From the NCBI GenBank assembly GCA_030265395.1, contig JARFYF010000071.1, positions 4,451,138 to 4,515,137 of the forward strand: DNA of 64,000 nucleotides. Reading direction: 5' to 3'. Positions 11,367 through 22,710 of this stretch are shown one piece after another; position 1 is the stretch's first letter; every line of letters begins with the position of its first letter. The translations under genes were made by a program, and so were the position numbers. The DNA comes from Rhina ancylostomus. Lineage: Eukaryota. The notes under the pieces were generated by a model, which was given only the letters and a program-made list of their open reading frames with translations, ran no database searches and had not been told where the DNA came from.

Positions 11367-14300
11367 CTTCATGGAATCGGACAATGATGGTAGTGAGTGA
11401 ATGGGTACTAAACAATGGGCTGTACCTGGTGGGACTGGGAAGCTTCCATCCAAAGTATGTTTCATGATAATCTTAGGAATCTGTTTGAAGTTTCTTATTT
11501 GAATAAGATCAATAGATTTTTATCTTCCAAACAACAAATATAGATGATTTATAATGGAGGCTTGGGTTCCTGAGTCTCTTTTGGTCTAAAGCGTCATAAT
11601 TGAATTTGCACAAATATTGACTCGACATGGGTTAATGTTGGTTTTGTTCCTGACGTTTAAGCTCCTTTGTGCAATCTCAATTTATTTGAGTTTTTGATTT
11701 TTATTAAAATAGATCTTTTAGGTGCAGCACTTTGTATAGAGGTGCCTGTGCCTCTTGCAGTGATTACAGTAGGTACAGTGCTGGACGTTGTGATCCCATC
11801 AATTCTTGTCACACTGTTGTGTGAAGCATGAAGAAGAGGTTGGCTTTCTTTGCGGTCAGGCAAATTAATCCTAAAAATGCCCATTGCATCTTCTGACAGA
11901 GTGGTATGAGCAGAATTCTTCCCCCTCTGGCTCTCCACAATCCTTGGGAAGTTGGTGGGAACCATGGTAGTGATGGAGTTGAAACAGAGAAAAGATTTCA
12001 CCTTTTAAAAATAACAGTGCACATCTTTCTTTGTTGCCTCTATGTTTTCCCCTCACCCTGTTCTGTATTGTTTTAATTGTAATTTATCTGGCTACATATA
12101 TGCTTGTGGCAGGTTCCAATGTGGCCTAAAAGAGGGAATTCGATAAAAGTAAGAGGAGGAAAATTTGAAAAGCTACAGGGAATAGAATTAGTGAGTTGTT
12201 CTGGTAGAGAACAAGCACAGGCATAATGGGGCAAATGACCTGTGCTGTAACTGTTTTCTGATGTTGAATCATTTTACTGCTGTTTTAGCAAGCCTCACCA
12301 ATTGGCATTGATTACAGGTCATGAGATCAGTTCATTCTATTGATCTTGTCAATAATAAGGCCACATTATATTTTGAGATATGGTTACAATAGAGAATATT
12401 GAATTTTATTGCCTTTATGGAGCTTCATATGTTTGTTTAACCAATTTCCAGCAGTGTGTTTATTATTTATAAAATAGGTGTTGGGATCTTGTTTAAAGAC
12501 TTTATTTATTGATCACATGTTCTTTGGAATTTTGTCAAATGTGAAACCGCTTCTATATTTCTTATTTTGATAGCTATTGTATACAGACTTGACATGTTCA
12601 AAATATTTGTTGTATGGGTGGAGTAATGTATTATATGCCAAAGCCAATTTGTTCTCAAGTATTATTGCTTTCATTATAGTTCTATTACCCTGTGCTGAAA
12701 ATGTACTAAAGGACACATGCTGCTCTTCATACTTCAGATTTATGGTAAACAGCCTCACAGATGAAATCTGTAAACAAATCAGATACTCCTGTGTGATGCA
12801 ATTGTCATGTTACACCTCATTCTCGAGAAAGAAACAAACTTCATTTTTTCAAAATGCTTCAATTTATGTCAGTCTTTTTGCAGAGAGAGCTTATTGATTG
12901 CACACTATGATGTTCATTAGGTACTGGTTCTAAGTCAGCAATTTGAGGCAATGTTCCCTGGTTGGAGAAGTGTGTAGAATCTTGAGCAGACTTCACCCTA
13001 GTGGTTCCTGTCTGAGCTCAACAACCAGCAGGTGTCATGATTTACCACAGCATAAAGACACTGTTCCATGAAAGCAAGCAAATCAACCTGGCGGTGTCTC
13101 AAGTACAATGTAATGACTTAAGTATAAATCTAGTTTATGGTGACAACATGGTCATAAACAGCTACCCATTGTTGGGATGGTAATAGGTCCAGTTTGGTTA
13201 AATTGTATCCTGTGGGAATGTTCATGCTTTTTACACTGGGCTACTGGAAATGATATTTTTGTGATCTCCATTGCTGGTTAAGTACAAAAGTGGATTTAAT
13301 TATTTTTCCATTCAGAATGTGGATGAATGAGGATATCATACCGTACAGAGCAGTAAATCTTTGCCGCACTTTTGGTCCTCCAGTCCAAAAAACTGAGAGG
13401 TAAATGCCCACATATTTTAAAAATCCCATCCACTCAGGCTGTGTGCTGCTATGTCAAGCACCTGGAGCAAATCCCTGCCTTCCCTGTTGATGCACCAGCA
13501 ACCTGATGCACATCCCTATACCCCATTGGCATCAATCACCACCAATAGGTGAAGGCTGGTGTTGGGCAGGCCATGGAAACTGGTGTGGCTGCTTGGTGCT
13601 GAGATATGGGGCTCAGGGATGCAACCTAATCAGCATGTATGTTTGGGCCTTTGCTGCAGATTGGAGTACCTGCTCTGTGTTGATGCACCACCCAGATCCC
13701 ACAGTTTCCCTCATCACCTCCAGTTGTGACAGAAGCCACTGTCTCCACCTTACTTTATTTGTACAGCTGTCCCCTAGCCTGGAGATTTCCGGATGGCAAT
13801 AAGCTTAATGGGCAGCCTCCCTGCATGGAGCAGTTGAGTGAATCATTGTTGGGTTTGTGCCAGGTTCCTGCTGTAGCAATGCTATCAATAACACACTCCA
13901 TATAGGATTCTATAATAATCATTTTAACACTAAGTCCAGTGGTGCTCTTGTTCTTGACCTTGTAATGCAAGGTACCAATGTATTGATAATTTACTTAATT
14001 TTTCTCAAGACATTTGAAGGAACCAGCAATATGTTGAATCTCAAGCTTGGCAGTCCCTTTTGATGGTATCAGAAGTTGCTTTATTGTATGGTGTTAGTAG
14101 CTCCTGTGTAAGAGTACAACGTATGCTGGTTGCTTGTGCGTTGAAGAGGTTGCACTTCACATGCCATTTGTGAGAGATAGCTATATCTGAAGTGTTGTTT
14201 GAATATAACTAAGTGCAACTCATGATCTTCTGTCCAATTTGAAGTTGGATAATTCCTGCTTCAATTAAATATTTGTTCAGGATATGGCAAGGCTGTCAAG

Positions 14301-15256
14301 TATTCTTTCCACCAATTGTTGATTTTCTTGGGTTATCCATTGTTTTAAGGTAATTCAACCACAACCAAATAATTATATTAATACGGGATAGAGACAGGGC
14401 ATTTGGGCCAACATTACTGTGGTGATTTTAGTTCCAGATAAGCCTCTTACCATCTTTCCATCTCAATCTATCTTAATCAAAGAATCATCAAAATGAGAGG
14501 AATCAGGAATGCATCTCTCTGGAGGAAAAGGTGTCTTCCTTTCTTGCTTGCCATCTTTGCATTCATTCTGCAGCTGAGGGACATTCCAACCAGCTGACTC
14601 TGAAAATCACCCAACAGTCATTATATTTATTGGAATGCTCATGAATTGGGAGAACTATTTCTTACACTAAGTTTCACTACCTCCTTTGTGAAGTGATGTG
14701 TGTTTGTGCAGTTTTTATTTTAAGTTAGGAGATCCCTAGCTGCTTTACCAATGACAGATTTGTGCTAAGTGAATGCCTGGGGTTCTACATTGGTTTTGAT
14801 GTTCTTGGGGCCATATTATTTTTAAAAGTCTCTGTCTCTTTCACCACACTTTCTAGTGGTACTGATACAACGTTAGTGTCATTGGCATTGAACTCATCCC
14901 ATTTTGCTTTTGCTGGCTGTGTGGGCCAGTACCAGGGATAACCAGTGAGATCTGGCCACTTTTAACTGGGGTTTTGTATCAGTCTCTGAGATACAAGTTC
15001 TGAATTAATGCTTACTTTTAATCCTTAATTTCAACACTTTTTAATCAGTTGCATATGTCCTACATGCTCAATTGTTGAATGTAATGTGCAACAAAAAATT
15101 CACTTCATGTGGGAGTGATTGTATTTGAGGTACCTCAGAGGAAGTCTTTGAAAAGTTTTCTCTGCTGTCAGTTGTTCAAAATATTTCCTATTATCACTTT
15201 GTATTAAACTCATGGACTGCTGGCCCTTCAGTGGGCATCATTGATACTCTGAAAGA

Positions 15257-15315
15257 AATAAAATTGCATGGCATTGCAATGCATCTTGTGAACAAGTGTG
15301 TGATTTTTTTTGTGG
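15257..15315 (+). terminator. Probable poly(A) signal of the CENP-F-like gene
   Basis: AATAAA at 15257-15262, followed by the GU/U-rich tract gtgtgtgatttttttt. This implies a 3'UTR of about 3.9 kb; earlier ATTAAA alternatives exist. Confidence 0.45.
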
Positions 15316-16384
15316 CTACAAGGATTGGGGAGGAACATGGACTTGAGGTAGAGGATCAGCCATGATCTTATTGAATGGCAAAAAAGGCTCATAGAGGCTC
15401 ATGTGACTCACTTCTATTTATCTTTAAAGTCATAAGTAATGAATGGTTTCCGTTATGATAATTTTGTTTTACATGGCCTCAAAATTTAAAAAGGCAATGA
15501 TTCTGATATCTGTTTTACAAGTATCCCTCTTTTATCTGAAGAGGGATGACTACTGAATGTTGACTGCCAAGTGACCATTTCATTTTGATAGCTGGCTTAT
15601 CCATCAAGAGGTTTATTTTTCTCTCCTTTTTCCAGACCTCCTTACCCCACCTCCATTGATCTGTTTTTGTGGGAGTTACAGAGGAGTGAGGGTTGTTGTT
15701 CACAACCTGGGAATGATGGCGAATATTTCTCGACAGCCAGCTAAGCTATGTGGGCCCCTTTGGGAGCTGTGTAGCAGAAAAGAATATCTTTACCAGAGAA
15801 CTTTCTGTTAAATGCCACAGCAGAAAAACAAGTTTTAATTAAATTTAATACCAGCTATGAAAATTAACCAGTAATTCTACTTGCCAATTTTTACTTGCCT
15901 TTTCTCTTGAATGAGCCAGATTTTAAGATAATGCTCTCAATCTAGATTCTGTCCCATCTGGAAATAATTTCTCCAATGACTATCCCATCCACTCAATCCA
16001 CCATTTCACATATCTTAAGTCAGTGTGCCCTCAGACTGAGAATAGAAACCAAGTTTCTGCAAAACAGGCCCTTCACTCTTTCGCTTTAAACCCTGGAATC
16101 ATTCTGATGAATGCCAACACAAAAGACCTCTGCCTTCCGTGAACTTCCTGCGTACTGACGGCTCCTTGGCTAAATATGCTTGAACTCTTCTTACTCCTAG
16201 GAACTATCAGATAACCCTATTGTGAATTCTCTTCTGTTTCTCCACACCAAAAATCTACCTTTTGTTTTAGCAAAGCAGCATCAACTGAGGATCCTAATTT
16301 CCAGGCTGCAAATGACAATTAGGATTCGCAATGGTCACTGGGCTAATGATGCCAATGAAGGCCAAACTTGAAAATGGGGCAGGA

Positions 16385-16533
16385 GAAACAAAGGACTGCA
16401 GATGCCGGAATCTAGATGAAAAACACGATGATGCTGGAGGAACTCAGCAGACCAGGCAGCAGCTGTGGAGAGAAGCAGGTGGTCAGCGTTTCGGGTCAGG
16501 AATCTTCTTCAGGACTGAAGATAAGAGAAGGGG
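16385..16533 (-). mobile_element. Penelope-type terminal repeat fragment with a hammerhead-like motif
   Basis: Minus strand reads gtcCTGAAGAagattcctgaccCGAAACgctgac...gctgagttcctccagcatc. Same family as 7885-8097. Confidence 0.6.
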
Positions 16534-17609
16534 NNNNNNNNNNNNNNNNNNNNNNNNNNNNNNNNNNNNNNNNNNNNNNNNNNNNNNNNNNNNNNNNNNN
16601 NNNNNNNNNNNNNNNNNNNNNNNNNNNNNNNNNCAGAAACAAGCCATTCAGCTGAAGAGGGTCTGGGCCACATGAGCTCTTCTCCTGCCACTCCTCATCT
16701 GTCAACAAATCCTTTTCCATTTCCCTCATGTGCATTTGCAGTTCCACCTTGAATGTATCAGTTCTACATGGTTGTTTTATTATTTTTGAGTAAAAAATAC
16801 TTTTTTTTCCTGAATTTTCTTTTTGATGAATATGTGATTTATTTGTGATACATTCCATCAGGAAATCAAGTGGGTTTACACTCAGGACGTCTATTGACAC
16901 GGTAGGATAACACAGATTCAGGCCCTTCAACCCACTGAGTGTCCACTGACCAATTACACTAATCCTACAGTATTCTTGGCTGATATTCTAGTATGGCAAC
17001 AGTGCATTGTTGGAGGTGCTGTCATTTGGATGACATGGGAAATCAAACCTCATTCGACTGTTTCAGAAGGATGTGAAAAAATTCCATGTTCACTCTTGCA
17101 AAAAAGGACGGGGTCCTTAGCCTTGCTGTCCTGACCCATTACATATCCATGCAGTCACATCTGATGCATGTTCGTCATCATCCTCATCTGGCTCACTGAG
17201 GCAGCAAGAGTATGGGCCTTGCATTTAACTAAAAACTAATTAGTAGTCGTGGATATGAAACTACTGGCTTATCAGGAAAGATGAACTTCCAGCCTAACGA
17301 ATGTTAACAGCCACGGTGATCATTGGGGGTGGACAATAAACTTTGGCAGTGACCCTGTCCACCATCAATGCATGGATTAAATCTGGGTTTCCATCAGAGT
17401 TTGTGGGAATTTACCGTATGCAGTTTTACTGCAAAATTCATTTCCTAAATTACAAGGGTGGGTACATTACATTACATAAAGTACTTCTGTTGGCTGTACC
17501 TAAAACCCAAGGTATATAAAAGACTAAATTTCTATCCCTTTGGAAGATTTCTTCCATGTGAGAAACTTCGAAGTCCAAATCCGACCAAGGCAAAGGGGTG
17601 GGAGTAGAA

Positions 17610-17800
17610 TCTTAATTGGCAACACCATTGACCAATCGGATGCTGCAACGGGTAAGGCGGCGACCAGAAGAGTCAATGAGTGACCGCAGAGCAGTCCAAT
17701 CAGGACGAGGAGCGGATGCAACAAGGATCCAATCAGAGGGTGGTGGATGGGCGGAACTTTTGATTCCCTTGAAGTGCGTCGGGTCGCCATCTTGTGAAAA
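17610..17800 (+). promoter_or_regulatory. RBM4-like promoter (CpG-rich, NF-Y/Sp/YY1 motifs)
   Basis: CCAAT at 17632, 17696 and 17729; reverse ATTGG at 17615; GGGCGG at 17749; YY1-like GCCATCTTG at 17786. Local CpG enrichment about 100 nt upstream of the ATG. Confidence 0.75.
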
Positions 17801-17886
17801 GTCGTTGGGAGCGAGTGGAGGAATAAACATAAAGGTGTCTTGAAATTAAATAATTAGGATTCTCACCTTGTTCTTTTTTTAAAAAA

Positions 17887-17991
17887 ATGGTAAAAATCTT
17901 CATCGGGAATTTGCCTCGTATAGCGACGAAAGAAGAGATCAAGGAGCTGTTCGAGAAGTACGGCAAACTGACCGAGTGCGACATCATCAAG
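17887..17991 (+). CDS. RBM4: RNA-binding protein 4 (Lark)-like, coding exon 1
   Basis: aaaATGG start; [35 protein letters not shown] (RNP2 IFIGNL); donor AAG|gtgaga, phase 0. Confidence 0.92.
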
Positions 17992-19927
17992 GTGAGACGG
18001 CACGAAAGGGATGAAATAAATAAATTAGTTTAAAAATATTCTAATTTTGTTCTCGGCTCTCGGGTTTGAGGTAGAAAACCGAGGCTGCTTTTATCTCGTC
18101 TTGAAGTAACGTCAAGGGGGACAAAATTGTGGTGGGCCCGATGTGATGGTGGAAGTGTTACAATAAAATCCTTCCCCCGCCCCACCGACTGCTTCAGGGG
18201 ATCCAAAGGTCATTGCCATCCAAGGAGATGGTTCCACTCGACCCATTGGGAAGGTTTCCTCGCACAGTTCCCCTCTCGGGGAAGGATAAATAAATGTAGA
18301 TAAATTTGTTTGAGCCCTGTCACAAAAGCAACATACTGTGGATGCCCCGAAATCTGAAATAATGGAAATACTCAGCAACAAAAAAGAGCAGCATCTGATG
18401 AGAGAGAACCAATTAATGTTGCAAGTTGGTGACCAGAATTTCTGGAAGTAATTTGGCTGGAAGCATTCTTCGCCATATGGGTTCTGAGGTGTGAAATGTA
18501 CTATGTAAGTGCAAAAAGTTTGAAATAACGTTAATGTATGTTATTTCATGTTTATTTAATATTTGCGGTTTCTGGACTTGGGCCTCATAGAGGGAATGGG
18601 CCTAGGCAAAAATATAGCTAGCGAATCTTCTGAACTGAAATGTAGCATCTTGGAAGAGAATCCCTTGGAAAATGTGATATGGGCAGCATTGAAGTGCATC
18701 CACTTAAAAGGAAAATTGAATATTGCATTTGTTTTGTTATCTTTCCCTGTCTCTGTTTGAGGGTTTTCTCTAGACAATGAAGTAGTTCTGATGTTCACTC
18801 ACTAGTTAAGAAGGTAGTCAAGATTTTGACTTCGGTTTCTTTTGAAAGATGTAAAGTATAGTTGTCTTGTTATAGGATTCATGATTTGTTTTTCACATCC
18901 TACTGATTACAACTTGGCATCTCTGCAGATGTCCTTCATAATCTATCACTAAGGTTGGATTGTAATGAGAAACAGATTTGTAGAAAAAGCAATATGGTTA
19001 CATGCATTAAGGGCCACAGGTGGTATATAACTCCTTTTGGCGCACATTTTTTTATAGGTCGGGTACTCGAGATGTTTGGACAAGGAGGGGTTGAAGTTGG
19101 ATCGTAGTGACAATTGTGAACTAGAAATTGGCAATGATTGCAGCGGTTGTCTTAGCCAGAGGCAAAGCACTATTATTCAGCTGAGTCTCTAATCAGCTTG
19201 AGCACTTAGTTGCAAGTTTTGAAGTTTTCTGAAACAGTGGCATCTAATGGTATGTTCCAAGGGCTGTGCTTGGTGACCTTGTAAGTTGTAAGTCTATGAT
19301 GTATGTTGGAAGACATTGTTAGCGTTTGGTACAAATGGTCCATGTCTGTTTACGATCTACTTGAGCAATTTGTTCTGACCATGTACATTTGCCCTTTTCC
19401 CATATCTCGTTAATGCCTTTTCCGTAATTTGGGTAGCAAACTGAATCTTGAATATTGATCACTAACTCTAAAAGTGAATTCCACATTGTAATAACTCGGT
19501 TTTTAAAATATAGCTTATTCTAAATATGTAGTTTATGGCCCTTCATTTCTGATCCCTCATCTCTACCTGAAGTGGTCTGTTTCTATATACCTCATCTTTT
19601 CATAATTCTAAATCCTTCTGCCATATTGCCCTGTAATCTTTGTCCTTTGTATGCAGGTCAGTGTGAGTGTTGTGTTTGCTTTATGAGGACTCTGTAGGAT
19701 TTTATAACATTCAGATAAAGAAGGGTGAATGTCTGTTAGTCTTAGTAGTAGGGGTGAAAACCCCAGTCTTGAGAAACAGACTTAAATTGGAACAAGTGGA
19801 GGTTGGCATTTGACATAATCTATGGTCAAAGACCATGGCAGGGAATCTGGTCATCATCTATCCTTATTCAGGATTGCAGGGCTGGAGAAGAGGAGAAACT
19901 AAAATGTTATTTTACTGTTATTATTAG

Positions 19928-20234
19928 AATTATGGCTTTGTGCACATGGAGGATAAAGAGGCGGCAGATGAGGCAATCAAGAACCTGCATCATCACAAGC
20001 TCCATGGGCTTCCCATCAACGTCGAGGCCAGCAAGAGCAAGGTGAAAACCTCAACCAAGCTGCACGTCAGCAATATCGGGAGTGAATGCACAAACCAGGA
20101 GCTCCGGGCCAGGTTCGAGGAGTATGGACCTGTCATTGAGTGTGACATTGTCAAGGACTACGCCTTTGTACACATGGAGAGGGAGGAGGATGCCATGGAA
20201 GCCATTCGAGGGTTTGATGGCACTGAGTTTAAAG
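19928..20234 (+). CDS. RBM4: RBM4-like coding exon 2 (rest of RRM1 plus RRM2)
   Basis: ttattag|AAT TAT GGC: NYGFVHMED...STKLHVSNI...[16 protein letters not shown]...TEFK G|gtgaaa. Confidence 0.95.
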
Positions 20235-20519
20235 GTGAAATGGCTGGGGGGTAGTGGGGTGAGAGGCGCAGTGCTGACCATACCTGGCAAGAGTCCAATT
20301 ACATTGATGACTCTCCCTGTAAATTGTTGTGGTTGGATTTGAGGCAACATTTGAAGAAAAAACAAATCCTCAGCTGTCCCCTTCTGATTTTTTTTTAAAA
20401 GAATTAGAATTGTTGTTTGAAGAGATGGTACATAAAGAAGAGAATATCTTGTAGTCTGGCAAGCAAATAATTGCTGTTGTCCGTCTTTGATGAATCACTG
20501 GCCAGTGTAATATTGAACA

Positions 20520-20830
20520 TCCCTAAAAATCTTCTCTAGAACGTGGGTGCCACAGGCATGTCATTCCCATCCCTAATTGCCTGCAACAAGTTAGTGTGAG
20601 CTGTTGCTTTATACCACTGAGGCCCATTTGGTGAAGGATTTTTAGGATTTGGGCACAGGTGGCTGTGAAGAAACAGCAATTATATTTCTAAATTGGGATC
20701 ACATGTGTCTGGAAGGGGAGCCTCCAGATGGTGTTTCCATATACCTGCTGCCTTTGTCCGTCTTGGTGATGGATGTTGTGTGTTTGTATTGTGCTGTTGG
20801 AGTAATCTAGGAGATCAACCAAAGTAGCCG
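20520..20830 (-). mobile_element. Decayed CR1/L2-group LINE 3' fragment in RBM4 intron 2
   Basis: cccatccctaattgcc...gtgagctgttgcttt is a reverse complement of the element end seen at about 380-460. Confidence 0.5.
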
Positions 20831-22019
20831 AACAACATCAAACTTTGTTCAAATTTTGAATCTGGACTAGCCTAGTGTAGTTGGCCTTAGGTGATCCTGA
20901 TCTCTGGGAATTCTGTGAATAGATTGTTCAAACTTGCATGTCTATCTATGCTCACAAGCAAGGACTGGCCGGTTATCCGAAGTAGCTAAGAGCTACTGGC
21001 ATGCCCGGAATTGGTTCTTGGCCTTCAGGAGACACGAGGTGAATTCATGACTTAATCTGTGGAATTTGAGGCTCCAACAACTTTTTTCCTAGATGTGAAT
21101 TGACTAGTGTTTGAATAAATATGCATTGATTGTGGCATTGACTTTAATTTCATTTTCTTCTGTCTTGGGGAAAGCTGGGTGGAGGGAAAAATGTACTAGT
21201 TAGAATTCCCAGTGCTAATCTCCAGTGGCTCATGATCGAAAAGAACAGCCATGCGCCCACGTAGTGTGAATAGCTTTGTGTTGCCCTACGTAGCCAAAAG
21301 CCCTTGACACTTGTCATCTAGACTTGTGAGTGAAGGGCCTGCTTGAGAAAAGTGCTACAGTCTAGTAAGTCCTGGCGCAGGAAAACAAGGTAGGTAACAT
21401 GCAAATTGCTGGCAATAGCCAGGAATGTGAAAATTTGCAGTATTTGTAGATAACTGATAACTGGGCGAGGGAGAGTCTTTGTTTAATATGGGAACCTCAG
21501 CAGTTTTTGGTAACAAACGTTGATGTAAATTGTGCACTAATCAGATTGTAAGTGCTGAGATTGCATTGATGTTGCTACTTTTACACAAGTTCATGGACAA
21601 CTCGCCACATCTGTTTTTATTTGGCTCTTGATACGTCCTTGGGTGCATTCCCATTTGCAGCCTCCAGAGAACTGACTAGAAATGTTTTCTTGGATGCAGG
21701 ATGGGGGTGGTGTCTTTGTTTTTGTACAGTGTAACATCTTTAAGCTTAAAGGGCTGACTTCATCCAGTGCTCCCAGGAATAGAAGACTCATTTTCTTTCA
21801 ACTCTGTTTTCTGTGTGACATTGCATCCCTAATTCCCCAGACCACATTTTTTTTAAAATAGCGTTTCCCCATGGAGAATACAGGACAGTAGATGGACCCT
21901 GTGGCTTATTCACAGGGCAATGTTATAAAAAAAAAGTGCAGAATAGAACTCCTTCTCTGTGCCCTCAATTCCCCAATCTTCCAAAAAACCTTTTGCGAGA
22001 TATTTCCATGTACCTTGGT

Positions 22020-22710
22020 TTGGTGTGACTGGCCCCTTGTCTTGTAACTCTGTCCCCTTGTTATAGACTCTCCCACTAGTGAAAACATCTCGGCATTACC
22101 ATATTCTGCCCACTTAGGATCTTAATTGTTTCAATAAGATCACCTTTAATTCTTCTGAACCCCAAAGACCCAATCTGATTAACCCCTCTTGATGGCACAA
22201 AAGTCTCATCCCAGGAATTTATCCTGGTGAATCGCCGTTGGGCTGCTTCCAAAGCTCCTCTATCCTTTCTTGGCTAAGGGGACCAGAACTGTCCACTGTA
22301 TTCCAGGTGTGGCCTCCACCACACCTTGAACAATCATAACAAAAACAACTCCTTTGCATAAGCCATCTGCCTGAAGTACTTACTGTTCCTGTCTGCTAAC
22401 TTGTGATTCATGCACAAGATCACCTAGATCTTTCTGTACTTCATTTGTTTGCAGTGTCTTTTCATTTGCATAACAAACTGCCTTTTGAATCCTTTTACCA
22501 AAGTGCATGACCCACACTTTCCAACATTCAACTCCATTTGTCAAGTTTTCAACCTCACACTCCATCTATATCCTGTTGCAGAGCCACAATACCCTCATCA
22601 CATCACGAACTGGCCAAGAATTGATCCCTGGTGTACTTCACTCGTTAAATCCTTCTAACCTGAGAAAGACTAATTTTCTTCCAACTCTGTTTTCTATGTG
22701 ATAACCAGTT
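22020..22710 (-). mobile_element. CR1-type LINE remnant in RBM4 intron 2
   Basis: Minus-strand pieces translate to MFSLVGESITRGQSYK and CWKVWVMHFGKR...VQKDLGDLVHES, both CR1 ORF2 motifs. Confidence 0.8.
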
